Assembly (NCBI GenBank): GCA_032250835.1
Contig: JAVVEA010000009.1
Span: forward strand, 72,398-136,397
Direction: 5' to 3'
From: a bacterium
GTDB lineage: Bacteria; SAR324; XYD2-FULL-50-16
Length of the DNA stretch: 64,000 nucleotides
Notes under the pieces: model-generated
Database searches by the model: none
The model's input: the letters and a program-made list of their open reading frames with translations, nothing else
What the model was told of the DNA's origin: nothing
Translations under genes and position numbers: made by a program
In this document: piece by piece, positions 58,605-64,000 of the stretch
Layout of the letters: each line of letters starts with the position of its first letter
Position numbering within the stretch: position 1 is the first letter of the stretch

Positions 58605-60017
58605 TTATTTTTCTTTGGGATCGTCGAAGATCATGGTTGTGTTGCCGACCTTGATCACGTCGCCGGACTCCAGCACTTTGGTCTGTACGGACTGATTGTT
58701 GACCGTCAACATCCCGTCGGCAACTAATGTGTAGGCCTGGGTTTTGGCGTCATACATGATGGTGGCGTGGTGGTCGGCCACCGGGGCTCCCCCGGCGATG
58801 GTCAAGCCCGCGTCTGCCGCCCCGCCGATGATCGTCTGCCCCTGGCCTAAATCCAAGACCTGGGTGCTGATCTGTGCGCCGCCGTCGTCTAAGATTTCTA
58901 AGTGGGGCTTGGGGTAGTTGCGCTCAAACTTGACCTTGCTGAGCAACCAGAAAAGCAGCAGGCTCGCCAAAGCCACGCCCACCGCAATAGGCCAGATGTT
59001 TTCTTTCTCCTCGGCAAGGAGGCCGCCGGAGTAATAAAAGCGGGTCGTGCCCGAGCGTCGGTCCCCGTCTTCAAAGGTCACGCGGACATACTTCTGCTGG
59101 GCCATCTCCATCCCCGCGCGGTAGGTCAGGCTATATTCCCCTAAAATTTGTCGCAAGATCTTGCGGTAGACCGCTTTGAGCTCCGTCTCGTTGTGGGCGT
59201 CGAAGACCGCCCCACCGGAGCGGACCGAAATTTCGCGGAGTTGTTTGTCCCCTTCGCCGCCTTGGGGACCAAAAGAAATGGTGTAGAGCGAAATGCCTTC
59301 GCGCTGAAGGGATTCTAAGGCTTGGTGCCATGGCACCTTCTGGTCCCCAAAGACCGGGTGGTCCTTACCGGTATTTTGTTTGAGCGGACTGTTCTCGCCG
59401 TCTGATAAGATGATCATCGCCCGCCGCCCACGGTAGGCCCCAAAATCCCCAGTCGCCTGGATCAAGCTTCCGTACAGCTCCGTATAAACTGCGTCGCCGG
59501 TAGGCTTTTCGATGTCGCCCAACAATTCCACCAAGCCCCGCCGGTCATCGGTCGGCGCCGATAGTTGTTGGTAATAGCTATTATAAAGCGCCAAGCCAAT
59601 CCGGTCCTTAGGGTTAGAGACTGAATTTAAAAAGGTCTGCACCCCCAACTTAGCTATGCTGATGCGCCGGGCTTCCTCTTGGGCCGTCGCCTGGCCTTCT
59701 AAGTTGCGGTACATGCTGCCCGAGTTGTCCACAAGCAGATAAAACCTCACCCCTTCTTCGTAGGTAGAGGCCTGACGGAAGCCCGTGATCGGCATAGGGT
59801 TTAGCTCGGCCTCATCAACGCCTTCATAGACCTTCAAGCGATCGGCCTGCACCCCTTGGAGCGGTTCGCCCTCGTCATCGGTCAGGCTCAGATATAATTT
59901 GACCTGCTGCTTAAGCAGCAAGTCGCCGTTGTCGATCTGCGACAGGCGCACCGAAGCGGCCCAGACCGGACTGCTCACCAAGATTACGCCCATCAAGGCG
60001 CTCACAAAAGCTCTCAT
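58605..60017 (-). CDS. vWA domain membrane protein with a C-terminal FHA-like domain
   Basis: Signal peptide, MIDAS DNSGS, ILSDGEN, TM, C-terminal FHA-like VNNQ...LESGDVIKVG. Confidence 0.85.
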   Translation of the reverse strand: MRAFVSALMGVILVSSPVWAASVRLSQIDNGDLLLKQQVKLYLSLTDDEGEPLQGVQADRLKVYEGVDEAELNPMPITGFRQASTYEEGVRFYLLVDNSGSMYRNLEGQATAQEEARRISIAKLGVQTFLNSVSNPKDRIGLALYNSYYQQLSAPTDDRRGLVELLGDIEKPTGDAVYTELYGSLIQATGDFGAYRGRRAMIILSDGENSPLKQNTGKDHPVFGDQKVPWHQALESLQREGISLYTISFGPQGGEGDKQLREISVRSGGAVFDAHNETELKAVYRKILRQILGEYSLTYRAGMEMAQQKYVRVTFEDGDRRSGTTRFYYSGGLLAEEKENIWPIAVGVALASLLLFWLLSKVKFERNYPKPHLEILDDGGAQISTQVLDLGQGQTIIGGAADAGLTIAGGAPVADHHATIMYDAKTQAYTLVADGMLTVNNQSVQTKVLESGDVIKVGNTTMIFDDPKEK

Positions 60018-60026
60018 GGGGTCTCC

Positions 60027-60917
60027 TTAGCGGTAGTAATAGATGAATTTGGCCGAACCGACCTGAAGGATGTCATTGGGTTGTAGTTCCTGCTGCCGCA
60101 CCGCGCGGTCGTTGACTTTAAGGTCACTACGCCCGGTCACGCTGATCAATTCCGCCTTGCCGTCTTTGAGTTCCACCAGCGCCTCGCGGTCGCCCATCTT
60201 GAGATAACCCTCAAGACAGATACGGGCTTTGGGGTTTTTGCCGATCGGGTTTTTCTTGGCCAATAACAAATACTCTTTGCCCTTAAAGGGACCGTTGAGC
60301 ACCCGCAGCACGGCACGGGTAAACTGCTGTTCAATTAAGCCGTAACTCAAGCCGATCAACAGACCCAACAGGCTCAAGCCAATCAAACCAACAAAAGGCA
60401 GGTCCGGCTGCAATAGGGGCAAACCCTCTAAGGCCAATCCACCTAGGGCACCGCCCAAGGCACCGCCCAGAAAACCCACCTTAAGCTTCGCCCAAGACAG
60501 GGTCCGGAGTCCTTCGATACAACCCACAAAGGCCCCCAAGACCAACCAGCTCAGGGCCCTAGAAAGCGGCAGGCCCGCGTGGCGCATCGCCGGGGAGGCC
60601 TGTAAAAACCAGTCGCCTAAAAAAAACAAAAAGGCCTGACTCACCAAAAGCCCCACAAAACCGCCCACGGCACCCAATAGAGCCCCGGCAATCAGGCCCT
60701 TGGTCAACTTAGCGCGGATCGATAAAGTGATCCCCTCTAAAGAACCAAAATAGGCCCCCATGGCTCCCCCGATCAGGGCTCCAGCGGCCAAACTGAAGAG
60801 CAAGAAACTGGGAAAATGCGGCAGACCCAAGCGCACCAAAGCGCCGAGGGACCAAGCTAAAGCCCCGGCCAGCAAGCCCACCAAACTATAAACCAATTTG
60901 CGTTTGAAACGATTCAC
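60027..60917 (-). CDS. Gly-rich polytopic membrane protein with a C-terminal FHA-like domain
   Basis: About six Gly-rich TMs, then LRVLNGPFKGKEY...VND...LQPNDILQVG. Confidence 0.8.
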   Translation of the reverse strand: MNRFKRKLVYSLVGLLAGALAWSLGALVRLGLPHFPSFLLFSLAAGALIGGAMGAYFGSLEGITLSIRAKLTKGLIAGALLGAVGGFVGLLVSQAFLFFLGDWFLQASPAMRHAGLPLSRALSWLVLGAFVGCIEGLRTLSWAKLKVGFLGGALGGALGGLALEGLPLLQPDLPFVGLIGLSLLGLLIGLSYGLIEQQFTRAVLRVLNGPFKGKEYLLLAKKNPIGKNPKARICLEGYLKMGDREALVELKDGKAELISVTGRSDLKVNDRAVRQQELQPNDILQVGSAKFIYYYR

Positions 60918-62860
60918 TAGGGCTCCTTCATAGTTAATTCAAAGTCTCCCTCGGACTTTGGGCGGACCCAAAGCTGGGCGTTTTCGCCGCTTTTTAAGAG
61001 CACCTCAAGGGTGTGGCTGCGCCCGCCAATACCTAGCTGAGACAACATCCCGCCGGTTTCGCGGAGCGTAAAGTAATGACGTCCCGGAAAGAGCCGGAGC
61101 CGGGTGTTGCCTGGCACTACCTTAGGGGTCGGCTCAATGCGGGGTTCTTCACCCCCTTTTAGGTAATGGGGTCGGTTGTTGATCAGTAATTCTAAGGGGT
61201 TCACTTCAGAATGGACCACCAACTCCACCGGCAGGGGAACCATCGGCACCTTCAACTCAATGCGGGTCTGCCCCGGCTCAATGGCAAAGTTCAAGCTTTG
61301 GCTATGGTAGCCTTCGGCGGATAGCTTAAAACTATAGTTCTGGCCGGACCGGATTGTTTCTTGGTGGTTGGGATCTTTAAGGAACTCATTAAAATCAAGC
61401 CACTGTTTATCGCGGTAAAAACTGATCTGGATTTTACCATCTAAGGGTTCTTGGGTGGTCAAATCAAAGGGCTGCACCGCAATTTGGGCCGGTAAGCTAG
61501 GGACCTTGGCCGCATTTTTAAAGCTCAATTGCAACCCTTCGGCGCGCTGCTGGAAGCCCCGCTGTTCCTCAAGGCTCGCTAAGAAAAAGCGCTGCTGGAA
61601 CTGTTCGTCTTCGAGGTCCACCAAGAGCTTATAAAAGCCCTTCTCCAAAAATACTTGCGGCGTCACCAGGCGATAAAAACCTTTGGAGTCTTTTAAGGCC
61701 AAATGCGAAAGCGGCAACTCGAGATGGTCTAACATCACCAGCTTGCTGCCTTCTTCTTTGAGTAGCCTCAAGCGCGCAAAGATTTCGCCCGGCTCTTTAC
61801 TACCCATGCGCGCGTCTAAAGAAACCTGAAGACTACCAAACTGGTCGGGGTAAAATATCTCATATTTAAAGCGGCGCTCGTAACTCCAATAGGCCCCCAG
61901 CCCAGCCACCGAAAAGACCACCGCAAAGACCAACAATCCACCACGGCTGGCCAAGAATCCCCAGAGCGGGTTGCTGGCCTTGGCTTCTAGGTCCATGCTA
62001 CCGTCCACATACCCCTGGATGGCTCCTTGGATCTGCGAAGCCTCAACAAAGCGGCGTAGGTAGGGTTGGAAGGCAGCAATGCCCTTTTTTAAGTCCCCCA
62101 TGCGCCGCTTGATCTTCTTGTGCATCGCCTGCTTGATTACCTTGGCGATCACAGGCTTAGTCTGGGGATTGATTTTCTTGGGCCCTTCAAACTGGCCCTT
62201 GTGGATCTTCTGGATCGTCTCGGCGCTTAACCCGCCCACAAAGGGCTTCTTGCCGGTGACCATCTCGTAAAGCAAGACCCCCATCGCGTAGATGTCTGAG
62301 CGTTTGTCCTTGACCTGAGCGTTGTTGATCACTTCGGGTGCCAAGTATGCGGGGGTGCCGATGGTCATGCCCGCCTGGGTCAGTTGGTCGTCGCTGCCAG
62401 AGGTACTGCCGGCGACGCCAAAGTCGGCCAGTTTGATTTCGCCTTGCTTGCTGATCAGGATGTTGGCCGGTTTGATGTCGCGGTGGACCACGCCTTTGGA
62501 GTGCGCGTAGGCCAACGCTTTGGCTACTTCAGAAAAGATCAACATCGCCGCGATATTACCGATGCGGCGCTTAGACGTAATCAGGTCCTCTAGGTTGATC
62601 CCCTCAACGTATTCCATCACAATATAGTGATGCCCACCTTCGGCAAAGTGGTCATAAACCTTCACGATGCCCGGATGGCTCATCTCCATTTGGATCTGGG
62701 CCTCCCGGCGGAAGCGCTCGACGAAGGCCGGGTCCTTGAGGGTTAATTTTTTTATGATCACCTGACGGTTCAGGCTGGGGTGCCGGGCTTTTAAGATACT
62801 GCCCATGCCCCCTTTCCCGATGGTCCCGAGAACCTGATATTTGCCGATCTTTTCTGCCAT
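60917..62860 (-). CDS. Hanks-type Ser/Thr protein kinase, membrane-anchored
   Basis: GKGGMG, HRDIKPAN, DFG, GTPAYLAPE, TM, extracytoplasmic C-terminal region. Confidence 0.95.
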   Translation of the reverse strand: MAEKIGKYQVLGTIGKGGMGSILKARHPSLNRQVIIKKLTLKDPAFVERFRREAQIQMEMSHPGIVKVYDHFAEGGHHYIVMEYVEGINLEDLITSKRRIGNIAAMLIFSEVAKALAYAHSKGVVHRDIKPANILISKQGEIKLADFGVAGSTSGSDDQLTQAGMTIGTPAYLAPEVINNAQVKDKRSDIYAMGVLLYEMVTGKKPFVGGLSAETIQKIHKGQFEGPKKINPQTKPVIAKVIKQAMHKKIKRRMGDLKKGIAAFQPYLRRFVEASQIQGAIQGYVDGSMDLEAKASNPLWGFLASRGGLLVFAVVFSVAGLGAYWSYERRFKYEIFYPDQFGSLQVSLDARMGSKEPGEIFARLRLLKEEGSKLVMLDHLELPLSHLALKDSKGFYRLVTPQVFLEKGFYKLLVDLEDEQFQQRFFLASLEEQRGFQQRAEGLQLSFKNAAKVPSLPAQIAVQPFDLTTQEPLDGKIQISFYRDKQWLDFNEFLKDPNHQETIRSGQNYSFKLSAEGYHSQSLNFAIEPGQTRIELKVPMVPLPVELVVHSEVNPLELLINNRPHYLKGGEEPRIEPTPKVVPGNTRLRLFPGRHYFTLRETGGMLSQLGIGGRSHTLEVLLKSGENAQLWVRPKSEGDFELTMKEP

Positions 62861-62867
62861 GGTGGTT

Positions 62868-63401
62868 TTAGCCGACAGGCACCAAGGCTTTGTTGACGTC
62901 TACGAAGCCTTCGGTGAGGATCACCGTCACTTCGGAGATTTTCTCTTGCTCTTGCACCACCGTCAAAGCTTCTTGGGCCACCGCAATCTTGTAGATCGCC
63001 GAGGTGGACTTCACCGGACCTTCGGCGAACTCTACCGGTTGGCCTTGGGCTACATCTGAGGCCAATAAAGAGTCTTCTTTGGCCACCGAATCGGGGACGT
63101 CTTTGCGGATGCCGATGCTATTGTAGACGCATTTGCGTACCCCGTCGTCCAGCGGGCCAATCAAGACCAAGCTGCCCGAATAGGTCAGCGCAACGCAACC
63201 TTTGGCGTCGTCTTTACCCAACTGCTCCACCTCGACCATACCTTCAGCGGCGGTTTTTTCCTCAAAAAGGCGCAGCTTCTCGGCCCAACCTTGGGCGAGT
63301 TTTTCGTATGATTCTTCTGAATCAGGCAACCCCGCCGAACGAGCGATGGATTTGATGTGTGTTTGGATGGGGGCCGGTAAGCCCGATAGAATCTCTCCCA
63401 T
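62868..63401 (-). CDS. Hypothetical protein, first gene of the kinase operon
   Basis: 177 aa, GGAGG RBS, 7 nt upstream of the kinase start. Confidence 0.75.
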   Translation of the reverse strand: MGEILSGLPAPIQTHIKSIARSAGLPDSEESYEKLAQGWAEKLRLFEEKTAAEGMVEVEQLGKDDAKGCVALTYSGSLVLIGPLDDGVRKCVYNSIGIRKDVPDSVAKEDSLLASDVAQGQPVEFAEGPVKSTSAIYKIAVAQEALTVVQEQEKISEVTVILTEGFVDVNKALVPVG

Positions 63402-63581
63402 TCTTCCTCCACAGTGGATTAGTTGAGGAAGGGCAATGTCTTCGCCTTCCGTACCTACAACATTAGGGTATTTTCCCTAAACTGCAAAGTCCGAAATGAC
63501 CTTAAGCTCCCCTAATTACTTTTTATTTATGCAAGGCAGGCTGCGGGCCCTTGTAGGCCCACTGTTTTTACAGGCCCCAGG

Positions 63582-64000
63582 TCAGACCACATCGCCACCA
63601 CCAGCACCACTGATGATGATTTTTCCTTCTTCTTCGAGCTTGCGCGCGATTTTAACCATTTTCTGCTGAGATGCGTCCACATCGGCGACCCGTACGGCAC
63701 CCAAGGCATCCAAGTCGTCGCGCACCATATCGGCGGCCCGCTCGGACATGTTGCTGAAGATATGTTCCTTGAGCGCGTCCGAAGCGGTCTTGAGCGCCAA
63801 GACCAACTCGTTTTGGGGCATTTCTTTGAGTAACATCTGCATGCCGTTGGGGTCCACCAGAACCATGTCTTCGAAGGTGAACATCAACTCGCGGATCTGC
63901 TCGGCCAAGTCGGGGTTGGATTCCTCGATAGTCGCCAAGATGCGGGACTCAGTGGACTTGTCCATGGTGTTGAGCATCTCGGCCACCGACTCGATACCCC
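63582..64000 (-). CDS. fliG: Flagellar motor switch protein FliG, 3' part (runs off the window)
   Basis: VAEMLN, IRELMFTFED, LALK, IFSNMSERAA, ARKLEEEGKI. Confidence 0.96.
   Translation of the reverse strand, partial: GIESVAEMLNTMDKSTESRILATIEESNPDLAEQIRELMFTFEDMVLVDPNGMQMLLKEMPQNELVLALKTASDALKEHIFSNMSERAADMVRDDLDALGAVRVADVDASQQKMVKIARKLEEEGKIIISGAGGGDVV

Noticed and set aside
1-64000. CRISPR arrays, tRNA/rRNA genes, IS transposases, known riboswitches
   Set aside because: None recognised by eye; a covariance-model scan would be needed to exclude small RNAs.

Overview
A 64 kb bacterial chromosomal segment of moderately high GC from a motile, chemotactic, probably halotolerant diderm. It has fliG, cheW, two MCPs and ectABC; the gene style suggests a delta/SAR324-like lineage, which is inference only. 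In order it carries a dienelactone hydrolase, an AT-rich islet with a higBA toxin-antitoxin pair, an operon encoding a periplasmic-binding-protein/MscS fusion and a Kelch protein, two histidine kinases, an RND efflux operon and a complete seven-gene GAK (ATP-grasp/amphi-Trp/kinase) cluster. Next come cheW, an MCP/ArsC-like/lipoprotein group, a CP-ATP-grasp/alpha-E pair, a LuxR solo, two GT-C-like membrane proteins and two 7TM-DISM sensors. The window ends with LpxR, a two-RCK K+ channel, ectABC, a Ser/Thr kinase-FHA-vWA operon and the 3' part of fliG. The most striking element is a ~9.4 kb minus-strand cluster (40036-49459) between the two 7TM-DISM sensors. It encodes an apparently complete HP1/K139-type contractile tail with no capsid, terminase, integrase, replication or lysis genes, making it a candidate domesticated tailocin or contractile injection system. 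It retains an intact-looking -1 frameshift site in the tail chaperone gene and has an atypical protein in the tape-measure slot. All family assignments come from motif recognition by eye; no searches were run.
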